NCBI GenBank assembly: GCA_951406725.2
Contig: OX597820.1
Span: 12,710,001-12,774,000 of the forward strand
From: Octopus vulgaris
Lineage: Eukaryota
Direction of reading: 5' to 3'
DNA: 64,000 bases
In this document: positions 1 through 12,707 of the stretch, piece by piece
Layout of the letters: the number at the start of each line of letters is the position of its first letter
How positions within the stretch are numbered: position 1 is the stretch's first letter
The notes under the pieces: generated by a model
Seen by the model: the letters and a program-made list of their open reading frames with translations, nothing else
What the model was told of the DNA's origin: nothing
Databases searched by the model: none
Made by a program: the position numbers and the translations under genes

Positions 1-253
1 GGGACCCAGATGACAGGTCCTATAACTCTCTCGGCCTGCAACAGCAGCGTCCAGTGGTTTCACGATGATGATCATGATAATGATTATCATAATGAGAAAG
101 GGTAGGATAAGCTTGATTGAACCAGCGTAAAATCAGTGTTGTGCTAAATCGTGCCTTTTTACGTTTCAAGAAAAACAACTTTAAATCCAGAGTGTCATAT
201 ATTTTTTTAAGTCAATAAGGTGTGATTTTAATCATATTTAGATGTTGTAGCTA

Positions 254-403
254 GTGTGGTAAGTAGCTTGCTAACCAACCACATGGTTCCGGGTTCAGTC
301 CCACTGCGTGGCATCTTGGGCAAGTGTCTTCTGCTATAGCCCCGGGCCGACCAATGCCTTGTGAGTGGATTTGGTAGACGGAAACTGAAAGAAGCCTGTC
401 GTA

Positions 404-466
<63 letters not shown>

Positions 467-700
467 TTGTGTGCGTGTTTGTGTGTGTCTGTGTCTGTCC
501 CCCTAGCATTGCTTGACAACCGATGCTGGTGTGTTTACGTCCCCATCACTTAGCGGTTCGGCAAAAGAGACCGATAGAATAAGTCCTGGGCTTACAAAGA
601 ATAAGTCCCGGGGTCAATTTGCTCGACTAAAGGCGGTGCTCCACCATGGCCGCAGTCAAACTGACTGAAACAAGTAAAAGAGTAAAAAAAAAGAGAGTAA
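254..700 (+). mobile_element. tRNA-derived SINE, family A (internal (TA)n(TG)n tract)
   Basis: Head GTGTGGTAAGTAGC..GGGTTCAGTCCC (A/B-box-like), body GGCAAGTGTCTTC, internal microsatellite, tail GGTGCTCCACCATGGCCGCAGTC..GTAAAAGAGTAAAA. Repeated many times in the window. Confidence 0.85.
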
Positions 701-988
701 CCCAATCAACCGTCTAAACCCTCAGTTGTTGCTTCATTGGGAATTAGTATAGTCTGGTAACCTCGTGACAGATCGTTTCCATCTGACAGACTTATGATCT
801 AGTCCGTTCTAGCTATAATCATCTCAACGTTCTTGTCTGTCAGATTTTGGTCTCCAATGCACCTGCCTTTCCTTAAGACGTTAGACTGTGATGCAGCTGC
901 TATTTCTCATAGCATTACAAATCTTGTTACAGTTTTCTTGTTGCTGCGGAATCAGGAAAAAGTGTTGTATACGTAGTATTGAAAACAA

Positions 989-1336
989 CGCGGTCATAGG
1001 ATCGTGGTTTCGATTCCCAGACCGGGCGTTGTGAGTGTTTATTGAGCGAAAACACCTAAAGCTCCACGAGGCTCCGGCAGGGATGGTGGTGATCCCTGCT
1101 GTACTCTTTCACCACAACTTTCTCTCACTCTTACTTCCTGTTTCTGTTGTACCTGTATTTCAAAGGGCCGGCCTTGTCACTCTCTGTGTCACGCTGAATA
1201 TCCCCGAGAACTGCGTTAAGGGTTCACGTGTCTGTGGAGTGCTCAGCCACTTACACGTTAATTTCACGAGCAGTCTGTTCCGTTGACCGGATCAACCGGA
1301 ACCCTCGTCGTCGTAATCGACGGAGTGCTTCCATCC
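989..1336 (+). mobile_element. 5'-truncated SINE family C (long tail) with 11-bp TSD
   Basis: Matches 28506-28890 and 44618-45004. Flanked by ATTGAAAACAA at 978-988 and 1337-1347. Confidence 0.9.
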
Positions 1337-1624
1337 ATTGAAAACAATAGACGGTCATGGGAATTCTGATATGTAAAATTTATTCATTACGATTGTATGT
1401 GTGAATGTGAGTGTGTGCGCGTGGGGAGTGAATGTGTGTGCGTATGAGGTTGTTTCTTTCAATTAACATCTGGGGTTAATAAGGTAAGTGTCAGGTTAAT
1501 CGGAAACACTCTGGAGTAGCGCGATATCTTTATAATAATTTTGTTTGATATTCCACGAATTTACTACCCATTACCTATCACATTATTGAATAAACGATTT
1601 TGTTTTCCTAAGAGTATAAGCGAA

Positions 1625-1780
1625 GGAGTGGATGTGTGGTAACTAGCTTGCTTACCAACCACATGGTTCTGGGTTCAGTCCCACTGCGTGGCACCTTGGG
1701 CAAGTGTCTTCTACTATAGCCTCAGGCCAACCAAAGCCTTGTGAGTGGTTTTGGTAGACGGAAACTGATAGAAGCCCGTC

Positions 1781-1819
<39 letters not shown>

Positions 1820-2100
1820 CATATACATATGTATACATACATACATATACATATGTATGTATGTATGTATGTATTATGTATGTGTGTATGTTTGTGTGTA
1901 TGTGTTAGTTCCTCCAACATCGCTTGACAACCGATGCTGGCGTGTCTACGTCCCCGTAACTTAGCGCTTTGTCGTAAGAGACTGATAAGAATAAGTACTA
2001 GGCTTACAAAGAATAAGTCCTGGGGTAGATTTGCTCGACTAAAGACGGTGCTGCAGCATGGCTACAGTCAAATGACTGAAACAAATAATAGTATAAGAAT
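1625..2100 (+). mobile_element. SINE family A
   Basis: Same head, internal microsatellite and tail as 254-700. Confidence 0.85.
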
Positions 2101-3039
2101 AAATACAACTGAAATTTAACACTGCTTTAGTGTATATATCTTCGCTTTAAACCAAACAAATGTTTTTGATAATATAGAAACCGGTTTCTAGAAAGTATTA
2201 TTTGGCTTGTCTATGTCTAATCATAATAGTCGACATTTGATTTCCAGTAATGATTTGTATTTCAGTCCATATTTTGCCTTATATTTACGCTTCTGAAATA
2301 TAGATAATGAATATTTACCCTCCAGCCTTTTATAGATACAACATAATACCAATATAGCAAATTAAATGAAAATGAATGGCGGACATGAATCAGAATTAAT
2401 AGGAATAAATCTGTAAATATTGAATTACTTCTTATACCTAAACTTCATGCATAGATGGATGAAGAAATTCATAGCTGCATCATAAAAAGAAAACAAACTT
2501 TCATACTGAGGTACGACTTTGTTTTCTAAATAAGTTCTAATTAGGACGTCTACCTTCGTCCTCTGATAGGGAATCCCTTTACAGTAAGATAGAAACTTGA
2601 ATTGTAATAATGTTGTAAACCGCACACTTTAGATCGAATTTTGTACAAAATAAATGATTTCTTAAAATTTGATTGTAGCTGTCCTCTGGTTTTCCTTTAT
2701 TGCCCAGAACTAGTTTAAAACAAATATAAAATTTAACATCTCGAGTATTAAACGCAGGGTGAGTTCATAAATATTTCGCCCGTTCTTAGTGTCGAGCAGT
2801 GGTTCACAACCGGGGTCCACATGGCCCCATATTTTGGGGTCCTCATGGCCCTTGATTTTGGGGTTCACACCAAAACAAAATTGGAGACCCACAGTAGTAT
2901 TTTAAGGGTTCTTTGAAAACATTTTCCTTCAGATGTATGTATTGGCATATATTACAAGAAGCAGGTTCCTTTCTTTAACATTTCACATAATGCAACCTAC
3001 ACAAGTTAATGTGTGAAAAACAAAACAGGAATTTTAAAA

Positions 3040-3212
3040 GATTAAGTCGATTATATCGATCCCTGTGCGTAACTGCTACTTATTTAATCGACCCCGAAAG
3101 GATGAAATGCAAAGTCGACCTCGGTGGAATTTGAACTGAGAACATAGCGACAGACGAAATACTGCTAAGCATTTCGCCTGACGTGCTAACGTTTAAGCCA
3201 GCTGACCGCCTT
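3040..3212 (-). mobile_element. SINE family B
   Basis: Reverse complement of GGCGG..AGCTGGC..CGTTAGCAC..GTTCAAATTCC..CTTTCATCCTTTCGGGGTCGAT. Confidence 0.8.
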
Positions 3213-3643
3213 CAGATTTCGAAAAAGTCTCTGAATCTTTCCATGTATAGAACAGATTGGATTTCATTTGGTTGTCCTCTAAAATAAAATTTACATATTA
3301 ATGAATGGCGAATATTTGACGCTAAAGAAGACATGTTATTAACTGTTCGTCGCTCCTTATCCTTCGATGGCGAATGACCAACCACTCTACGGTTCAATGG
3401 ATTGAGAGATATCATTTGTATTTACAAGAATTCCATTAAACGTTAATGTACAATAACAGCAAGAATCATCTCTCCAGCTTCGCCCTAATTACATGGCCAG
3501 AGACGACGGTAAATTATCTTTGACAGTTATCTACTAAACAAACGACTTTAACACGAATAAGAGATGCGTATGCGAAAGCTGAAGCAAATACGTATTAAAT
3601 GAGAGACCAGTTGACAGTATATCATCACCATAAGGCGGTGAGT

Positions 3644-3938
3644 GGAGGCGCAATGGCCCAGTGGTTAGGGCAGTGGACTCGCGATCGGAGGATCGCAGTT
3701 TCGATTCCCAGACCGGGCGTTGTGTTTGTTTATTGAGCGAAAACATCTAAAAAAAGCTCGACGATGCTCCGGCAGGGGGGGGGGGCGACCCCTGTAGCAC
3801 TCTTTCGCCATAACTTTCTCTCACTCTTTCTTCCTGTTTCTTGAGTCCCGTCCGGCTGGGGGAAACACATAAGCCACAGAAACCGGGAAACCGGGCCCAT
3901 GAACCTAGCTAGGCTTGAAAAGGGCCTAGAAAAGAATA
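3644..3938 (+). mobile_element. SINE family C (short-tail variant)
   Basis: Head GGAGGCGCAATGGCCCAGTGGTTAGGGC..GTTTCGATTCCC; tail GAAACCGGGAAACCGGGCCCATGA. Confidence 0.85.
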
Positions 3939-4152
3939 AGGCGGTGAACCGGCACAATCGTTACCTCGCCGGAAAAATGCTTAATACTATTTCTTCCAAC
4001 TTTACGTTCTGGGTTCAAATACTGCTGGGGTCAACTTTGCCTTTTATCCGGTTGGGTTCGATAAAATAGGGACCACCTGTGCACAGGGGAAGATGAACTT
4101 GGCTTACATGTTCCACCGAAATAGCTGGACTTGGGGCCAGTTTTTGAAACCA
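3939..4152 (+). mobile_element. diverged SINE family B
   Basis: AGGCGGTGAACCGGCACAATCGTTA..GGTTCAAAT..CTTTGCCTTTTATCC. Confidence 0.65.
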
Positions 4153-4212
4153 AAATATTACTGCCATCATCAATGCAAAGGACTGATGGCAGTGATACTC
4201 TAGAAGTACTGA

Positions 4213-4348
4213 TAGTTAGTTAGTTAGTTAGTTAATTTGGCTCAAAAGCAAATAGCAAGGCCATGTAGGGGGACATGGAGTTAAGTACAGGGTGGTGTTC
4301 ATGTAAAGAGTTCAGGCCACTTGAGGTCCAGGGAGGCTTTGAACACTG
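4213..4348 (-). mobile_element. 3' end of CR1-like LINE with (TAAC)n tail
   Basis: Minus strand encodes VFKASLDLKWPELFT* (CR1-type ORF2 C-terminal FKxxLD), then a short 3'UTR and (TAAC)n. Confidence 0.6.
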
Positions 4349-4393
<45 letters not shown>

Positions 4394-6237
4394 CGTGTGT
4401 GTGTGTGCGTGTGAAGGCGCATGGCTCAGTGGTCAGAGCGTCGGACTGAGTCATGAGTGATATCTCTCAATCCATGTAATTTCATTTATATCTTCTGATC
4501 ACCGGGTTTAATTAATACGTTTTCGAAATTTCCGGTGTGTTTGATATGGGTGGCTATCTATTCGGCAATTGTTTCTCCACGGGATATTACAGTTTCGCAC
4601 AAAAGAAAGCAAAGCTTCCAGATGACATTGTTATTGTAATTGTTGTTATTTTTGCTCTAAACTAGATCTGATGATGCAGATTTACTGTCAAAAATGCCCC
4701 AGGCATAGTCATTCAATTTTAATATCATCAAACAATATTAGAGACTAAAGACTATTGAAAAGGTTGCAAGACGCAACGAAAATTTTAGGACAATAAAAAT
4801 AAGAAGAAAGTGGAAACTTTACCGATGAGTGTGTTACCTTATAAGGCACAGAAAAGAAAATGACTCTCCCTAGACACAACAGAATATGCTTCAACACACG
4901 AACTCACATAAAAAATCTTGCAAACCAAATCCCAAAACGAAATATTAGCCAATGAGTAAATTAGCCATTGCCTACTTTTGTCAATGTCTTCTTTCTTTTA
5001 AAGGTGGTTGGATAAGCCTTTATGGAGATTCTGACCACGATTTTTAGCACATGTTGTGAGACGTGATCACAGAGCGTCTCTGATGATGCTTATGAAACAA
5101 TTCTCGGTCAACAGTTTGAGTAAATGTGTTATCTTACTATTTTATATTTTATTTGTAAGACAAGAATTTAAAAGGTGAATATCGAAATATGAAAGAGATT
5201 ATGTGAATGCTTTAAAGATTTTTAAAAACTAAAATCCAAGAGACAAAACAAAGAAATAATGTAGCATTCTATAAGACCAAACCAACGCACAATCAACTAC
5301 TTAAACATTATAGAATCAATAGCGTAGAGAATAAAGAGAAGGAATCATGTTAATGTGTCAGCAGCAGAAACAACCAAACAGAATGGTAACAGGATAAATA
5401 AGATTCACTCTCCTGAAAATGTTCTTCAGCTGCGTAGGGTAAAAAGAAAATTACCAAAGAACTGTCTGCCACGAGGAACATAAATCAGAAAAGCGTAAAC
5501 ATAGCTGATGCTATTATAGAAACTTTGTCGCAAAAGAAAACAGTATATATATATGTATTGATACTTAAACCGACTTTATGTAATTAGATACATCGCAAAG
5601 TGTCGTGAAACTTTGAAGGAGATCAGTATTTTACTGAAGGACACTGTACACTGTGATATCTTATTTGACAGATGCAGTAATCTTTTAACCTATCTAAGCT
5701 AAAACTAATTATAATGTGTTGTAAAGTAGCTCATGAGATAAATATGTGACAGAAAAACGAGATGTCTGTGGCTACTTAGAAGTCTTAAATTTCACAAAGA
5801 AACTTGGGGGCAGAATGGACAATAATTTACATCGTGTTGCTTGACAATATGGAATCTGCTTTTTCTTAGGCAATTAACTATTTTCTTATAATAGTGCAAG
5901 AGATGAAATGTCATTCGAATCAATCTTACATGTGCAGATATGGTTGGGTAATAAGAAGTATGTTTCAGTATCCTTAGGTAAATCCATCGCTTGTTGGTGA
6001 AATTTAATTGATTTAAACAAACGGATGTCAGATGGACGCTTGATTTAAATCGTCCACCAGACCTTTAGATCTAACCTGTTGCAAAGATCGTTCTGGTTTC
6101 AGTTATAATTTGATATTCCCACTGCACGAGGCCATCAGATCATGAATTGTAAATTCCACTTCATTTCACTCATACACCTTAACAATAAAGAGGTTAATTA
6201 CAATTATTATTATATATATATAATTATATATTCTTTT

Positions 6238-6451
6238 TTACTTTTTTATTCTTCTACTTGTTTCAGTAATTTGATTGCCGCCATGCAGGTGTTCCGCCTT
6301 TAGTCGAACAAATCGACCTTAGGATTTATTCTTTGTAATCCTGGTAGTTACTCTGTCGGTCTCTTTCGCTGAACCGCTAAGTTACGGGGACGTAAACACA
6401 TCAATATCAAGCGATGATGGGGGGACAAACACAAACATATACATACACACA

Positions 6452-6500
<49 letters not shown>

Positions 6501-6652
6501 TACGGGCTTCTTTCAGTTTCCGCCGAAACTCTGTGTATATATACAGGTCTCTTTCAGTTTCCGTCTACTAAATCCACCCACCAGGCTTTGGTCGGTCAAG
6601 ATGTCACGCGATGGGACTAAACCCAGAACCATGTGGTTCGTAAGCAAGCTAC
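6238..6652 (-). mobile_element. SINE family A, internally rearranged
   Basis: Reverse complement of family A head (6615-6650) and tail (6255-6300). Confidence 0.8.
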
Positions 6653-7641
6653 TTTATTTAATTTTATATGCCATAAAGGCAGTATACAGAGTAGCTGCGG
6701 GTTGGACAAACACATTAATGAATGAAAATGAAATAAAATGAATAAATGAGCGGTACCGTTTATTTTTGCCATCAGCAAAAAAAATCTTAAAAGTTCAAAG
6801 GTCAAAATAAGTCCAAAAAGGGTACACAAAATATTAACAGAAACAGTAAAAAAATATAACAAAGAAAGTCCAAAAATTAAAGAAAAATTCAAAAAGTAAG
6901 AAAAAATCAGGAAAGATAGACGGATAAAAGAAAAACAATTCACACAGCAAAAATCCAATTTCCTGGCCAACAGGTACTCCCGGCCAAATGTGGATAGGAT
7001 CCTTAGTATGAAACTTTTTTTCCGGTAATTCGTAAAATAAATCCAAACACAATACTGTCTACAGCCAACGGTAATTGTAACAGCAACTGTAACGGGTTCT
7101 AATCATTTGGGCGAGGATACGCCCCACTTTTTTCTTCTCCACAATAAATTCACAATTTACAAAAACAGCAGCCGCCGAGGGTAGGCGAAGTTGTCCCAGA
7201 GCTGGGCAAAATTTATTAACAAAAACTTACAATAAAATAAATTACGCCCAGCTCAGATAAAACAAAACCACCTATTCGACAAACGCCTCTGTTTTTGGTA
7301 TTTTTTCTTGTAATTGGCATCTCAAGCAGAGTTGGTACAAGAACAATTATACCGAATTATTAAAGATGTATTTAAAGAATATCTTTGTTTTCTTATTATT
7401 TGGATTATAATTTACTCTCCGCCACACCCACATTCTGGTGTGACCCTCGTGCAACAAGGATTTTCTGCACTTGAAGAATTCCACCACTGGTCTGAACCCG
7501 ACAGTGTTTTATAGCCCAGAATTCGGGTTGAGTGCTTCTTTGGAAATACCTTACTTGTACACCCTACTAGGACATTATATATACATACATGCATTGCATA
7601 CAAATACACACACAGACACACACACACACACACACATATCT

Positions 7642-7684
<43 letters not shown>

Positions 7685-7686
<2 letters not shown>

Positions 7687-7925
7687 GTGAGGGAATATTA
7701 TTCCTAACTTTCAGGGAAAAATTCAATTTAGAAATACTAAATCAAATTCCACAAAATATAATATATATATAAAAATTAGAACCCCCCCCCCTTTTATCAA
7801 TACAAAATGAACAATTAAATTACAGCATCTAGAAAATTACATATAATAGAAATATTAAATATAAAATAACAATAATATACCGATGATTAAGTAATGTGCA
7901 AAATAATAAATAAAACGTATATATT
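7685..7925. mobile_element. (TA)n-associated repeat, probable Penelope pLTR fragment
   Basis: GAGGGAATATTATTCCTAACTTTCAGGGAAAAATTCAATTTAGAAATAC also occurs inverted at about 25100-25345. Abuts (TA)n. Confidence 0.5.
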
Positions 7926-8825
7926 TGACATATAATATAGATATGTAAAGAAGACGTGATAGATAAATAGATAGATAGATTATGAACATTAGTATATAAG
8001 TATATTAGTCTACTAACACTTTAAACACTATAAAATGAACCTAAGAAGGGTTATAATCTACTAACGTAATGTATAATGGTACTATCAGAAACATGTTTGT
8101 CAGTTTTTTTTTTCTTCACTCTTTTGCTGGCAGGAAACAAACTTTGCCAACGATTCCAGAAATTTAGACTTCGTTTTCAGATTCTATTTGCGCGGCAGTG
8201 TATAAACATGATACCTTTTCTTCTTTCCCTGTAAAGCTAATGGCTTGGTAAAAGAATTTGCAATTCAGTTGTTGTTCAAGACAGATACTTGAAATTCGAA
8301 GAGGATAAGATGTACTTTGCAATATTGACAAAATTAGAAATTAGTCTACGTAGAGAACAGAGACAACTTTTTATCGGTTAGTAAATCGTATAGGGTATTT
8401 ATTTTAAATCAAATATCTAAAAGAAAGTATATCACAAAGCGGCTGTTTGCAGAATTATTTTGCCAGCAAACAAAATGTCGTTCTGAATTCTAAAATCGTT
8501 CAATCGACTTTGACTTTCTTCCATGTAGTTCCATGTAATAAGAACATGTATGTGTTGGAGATAATTTGAATAGAACTTTCTCGCGTATTCTTTATCATTA
8601 TGTATCAAGTAAAAATATCTAAAAGCAGAAAATTCTAGAAAGCAAACAGCCTAACGATCATTTGCAGGTGATCTGAGATTCGAACTCAGTTTCCATTTTC
8701 CATGAAGGTGATTTACTACATTAACATTGATAATATTCCTGAGAACAGTAGAAATATCATTCACTGTCAGAATCTTTTTGCATGAGTTTTTTTTTTTTAA
8801 TATAAGCCTAAATAATAAATAAATT

Positions 8826-9140
8826 GAGGCGCAATGGCCCAGTGGTTAGGGCAGCGGACTCGCGGTCAGAGGATCGCGGTTTCGATTCCCAAACCGGGCG
8901 TTGTGTGTATTTATTGAGGCAAAACACCTAAAGTTCCACGAGGCTCCGGCAAGAGGTGGTGGCGACCCCTGTTGTACTCTTTCGCCCCAACTTTCTCTCA
9001 CTCTTTCTTCCTCTTTCTTGAGTAACGCTGCGATGAACTGGCGTCCCGTCCATCTGGGGTGAATACATATGCCACAGAAACCGGGAAACCGGGCCCATGA
9101 GCCTGGCTAGGTTTGAAAAGGGCGCATAAATAAATAATAA
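8826..9140 (+). mobile_element. SINE family C (short tail)
   Basis: Same head as 3644; ends GGGCGCATAAATAAATA. Confidence 0.85.
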
Positions 9141-9346
9141 ATATATAATAGGGCGCATAAATAAATAATTAATAAATAATATTGTGACGAATAACATAGG
9201 AAAATAATTCTACAGTAATTAATGAAACAATTGTTGAAGCAAATTCATTTCTTGAGGAAGATACCAACGTTAGAGCTTATTCTATATATTCGAACAATAT
9301 TATTATTAAAGTTATTTCTAAATATGCGTGAAGTAATAAAAATCGG

Positions 9347-9602
9347 TGGAGGCGCGTGGCTTAGTGGTTAGGGTGTCAGCACCATGATCGTAAGATTGTG
9401 GTTTCGATTCTTGGTCCGGGCGACGCGTTGTGTTCTTCACCAGAATACGTCATTACACGTTGCTCCAGTCCACTCAGCTGTCAAAAATGAGTAACGCTGC
9501 CATGGACTGGAGCCCCGTCCAGCTGGGGAACACATACGCCATAGAAACCGGGAAACCGGGCCCATGAGCTTGGCTAGGCTTTAAAAGAGTGCATTTATTT
9601 AT
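9347..9602 (+). mobile_element. SINE with a different tRNA-like head and the family C short tail
   Basis: Head GGAGGCGCGTGGCTTAGTGGTTAGGGTG..GTTTCGATTC; 3' half matches 9018-9125. Confidence 0.75.
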
Positions 9603-10499
9603 TATCTAATAAGAATCGACATTTTCCCCAAAATTAGTTTTTCAGTGTAATCCCCTTTACCTAGAAATAATGATTGAGTGAAGGAGTATTAATGTCAGAG
9701 TAGTTATAGCTATATTTCAATGCAAGTTAAAAATCACTACTAAATTAAATAATGAGTGTGAATAATTTGCCCCATCACGTTTAGTACTGTACAAATCCCT
9801 TGAAGTTTCGCAAAAGTTTGGCTATGAAATGCAAATTTAATGTTAAAAGTTTTGCCGTTATTAAATTAATAATAGTCATTCGAACTTTTGTATTCTCTGA
9901 GCATGTTATTTCATTTTTATACTCAGTTTTCAAGATGGTCAAACTGAAAAATTTAACGTTTAAAAATTTTTTTTTCGTATTGTCAAATCTAGGGGCGATA
10001 TTGAAATATTCTGTTTCTATGTCACTAATTCGTATTTATTACACACAATGTTTGAAGTTAAGTCATCTTCATGAATAAAGATTTGTCAAGAATTAATTAC
10101 AATTCAATCCTCACGTTTTGCTGGATATCTTTAATGTAATTTTATTATAATAGATTTTATATTTTATTTTGTCATTTCTTTTCAGTATTTTACTTCAGCT
10201 TATTCTAAAAATAATTCACTTTAATCTCTTTTCTCTTTCATATTTGATGGGAACGTTTTGATGATAAATATTTAAACTTTTGTTCATAATCTGACTTTGA
10301 ATAATTCTCAACATTCCATAGTCGATGTTTAAATCTTGAGTCTCTTAAGAAAAAAACTAACTGTGAGATACGATTTCGATGATTATTTAACATAATGCAT
10401 ACATCTAAGTTTATACTATTTTCGTTATCACATCCAACGGAATGTCTTTTGATACTAGCAGCACTAGTATATATATCTATCTATATCTATCTATATATA

Positions 10500-11769
10500 C
10501 GAGGGGCGTTCAATAAGTAATGCCCCTGACCCACTTCCCATAGCAGTAGAGCAACGACACTTGGCACAGTTATTAGTCTTTTCCTACATAGGAACTACCC
10601 AGAGTTATGCATTTCTCCCATCGTTTGATACAGCTCTGGAGACTGTTTTTGTAGAAAACCCCAGCTTGGTCCTCCAACCACGACGTGACTTCAGAAATCA
10701 AGGCTGCATCATCTGGGAAACGCCTTCCTTTCAAAATCAACTTCATGGCTGGGAAGATGTGAAAATCAGAGGGTGTAAGGGGAGGAGTTCATAGCTGCAC
10801 GCCTGTGCTTCTGATCTGGCGACACGCGAGTTGTGGACCGGAGCGTTGTCCTGCAGGAGGAGGATGCCTTTGCTGATCTTGCCCCGCCTCTTGATTTTGA
10901 TAGCTTCTCTTAATTTCCTCAAAAGTGAAGCATAATAGGCTCATGTAATTGTGGTATCCTTTTCTAGTAAATCTGTCATCACTACTCCGTCCTGGTCCTA
11001 GAAGACTGTGAGCATAACCTTGTCAGCGGAGGGCTGCACCCTTGCCTTCTTTGGAGGAGGTGAGTCACGGGGCTTTCACTGCATTGACTGGGCTTTGGTC
11101 TATGGATCATAGTGATGGACCCAGGTTTTATCCTGTGTGATCAGTCTTTTGAAAAATTTTGACTCATCTTCTTGGCACATCTCCAAATTCATCCTCGAGC
11201 ACTCAACGCGTTCTTGCTTCTGGAAAGGTGTGAGCAACCTGGAAATCCATCTGGCAGACAGCTTTTGCATATGCAAATGGTCATGAATGATAGTTTCCAC
11301 AGACCCGGTACTGATCTTGACCTTATGGGCTATTTGGCGAATAGTTATGCGTTGACGTTCCAAAATGGCAGCCTCAACTTGACGGACAGACGTCTCATCA
11401 ACGGCAGAAGGGGGCGACCAGATCTGGGAGCTGTTTCCACAGAGTTCCGACTATGTTTGAATTCACGATGCCAGAGTTTTACAAGGTCATATGATGGGGC
11501 ATCATCACCATAAGTTACTTTCAGTTCATCAAAAGTCTCCCGTGGTGTGCGTCCTTTCAAATACAAAAACCGGATCACTGCTCAACACTCAACAGGCTCC
11601 ATTTCACACTTGACTCAGTTCAAACACCTGTAAATCAGAAACCACAATTAGTTCAGAGCTGTAATTCCCGACTTAATCTATAGAAGTATAAATAAGTGCA
11701 CATGCAAAATTTGAGCTAGATCAAACAACTGCAAGTGGGTCAGAGGCATTACTTATTGAACGCCCCTCG
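10500..11769 (-). mobile_element. full-length mariner DNA transposon (defective)
   Basis: 37-bp TIRs CGAGGGGCGTTCAATAAGTAATGCC(C/T)CTGACCCACTT with 1 mismatch, TA on both sides, 1270 bp long. Confidence 0.95.
10570..11602 (-). pseudogene. mariner DDD transposase pseudogene
   Basis: MEPVEC*AVIRFLYLKG..HTH, SARWISRLLT (WVPxxL motif), ITQDKTWVHHYDP, LLQDNAPVH, PSDFHIF. In-frame stop, frameshift near 11400, YSPDLA segment deleted. Confidence 0.92.
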
Positions 11770-11867
<98 letters not shown>

Positions 11868-11900
11868 CATACATACATACATACATACACACACACATAC

Positions 11901-11937
<37 letters not shown>

Positions 11938-12265
11938 AAGAGTGTCATTGCGAGGATATATTAACCTCTTAAAGAGATGATTTCATCCACGTTACACTGG
12001 TTTACCGCCTTATATTGTTTAGAGATACTTCTTCAATCTAAATAGGTATATTATAAATACCGAATATTATAAGGTAAGGAAATGAACACAAATTGATTTA
12101 TAAACATATTATTAATTAAGCCTACAATTGTTTCAATTTCCACTTAATACAAATTACAAATAGAATAAAATAAGTCTACATTTTTGAGGATTTTCGAGAA
12201 AAAATAATAAGGGCCAATGGTCATTAATGAAACTACATGTTGATCAATTGAGAGATTCCACAGGA

Positions 12266-12479
12266 AACGGTGCTGAAAAATTCCTGGCTTTGGATAAAAG
12301 AAAATATAGGAGGATCAGTTAATAATGATTTTATACAACGTATTGCCCTCTCAGATTGACAGACTGATTGCAGTGATCCTTAAGTTGTTCGAAGCCCATT
12401 CAAAAAAATTCGAATGTCAAGCCTCCAACCAGGCCTTTCGCCAGACCCATAATGCCAGGAACTCTTCAGCATCCCCTCG
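12266..12479 (+). mobile_element. mariner-type MITE
   Basis: Ends GGTGCTGAAAAATTCCTGGC / GCCAGGAACTCTTCAGCATCCCCTCG|TA. Related copies at 49480-49693 and about 18480-18635. Confidence 0.7.
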
Positions 12480-12707
12480 TATATATGCGTGAGTATGTCT
12501 TTGTGTTGATGTCATCGACCTAACAACGCTTGGCAACCGGTTTGGTTTGTTTACGGCCCCGTAAAATAATAGTTGAAGTGAAGTAAAGCGATGAATAAGT
12601 AACAAACTTTAAAATATGTACTGGAGTCGATTTGTTCAAGGCAGTGCTCAAGCATGACCGCAGTGTAACCGCAGTCCAACCACTTTTTTATGACAAAAGA
12701 TATATGT

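Noticed and set aside
2425-2625. 66-aa non-repetitive ORF
   Set aside because: No recognisable motif or convincing splice signals.
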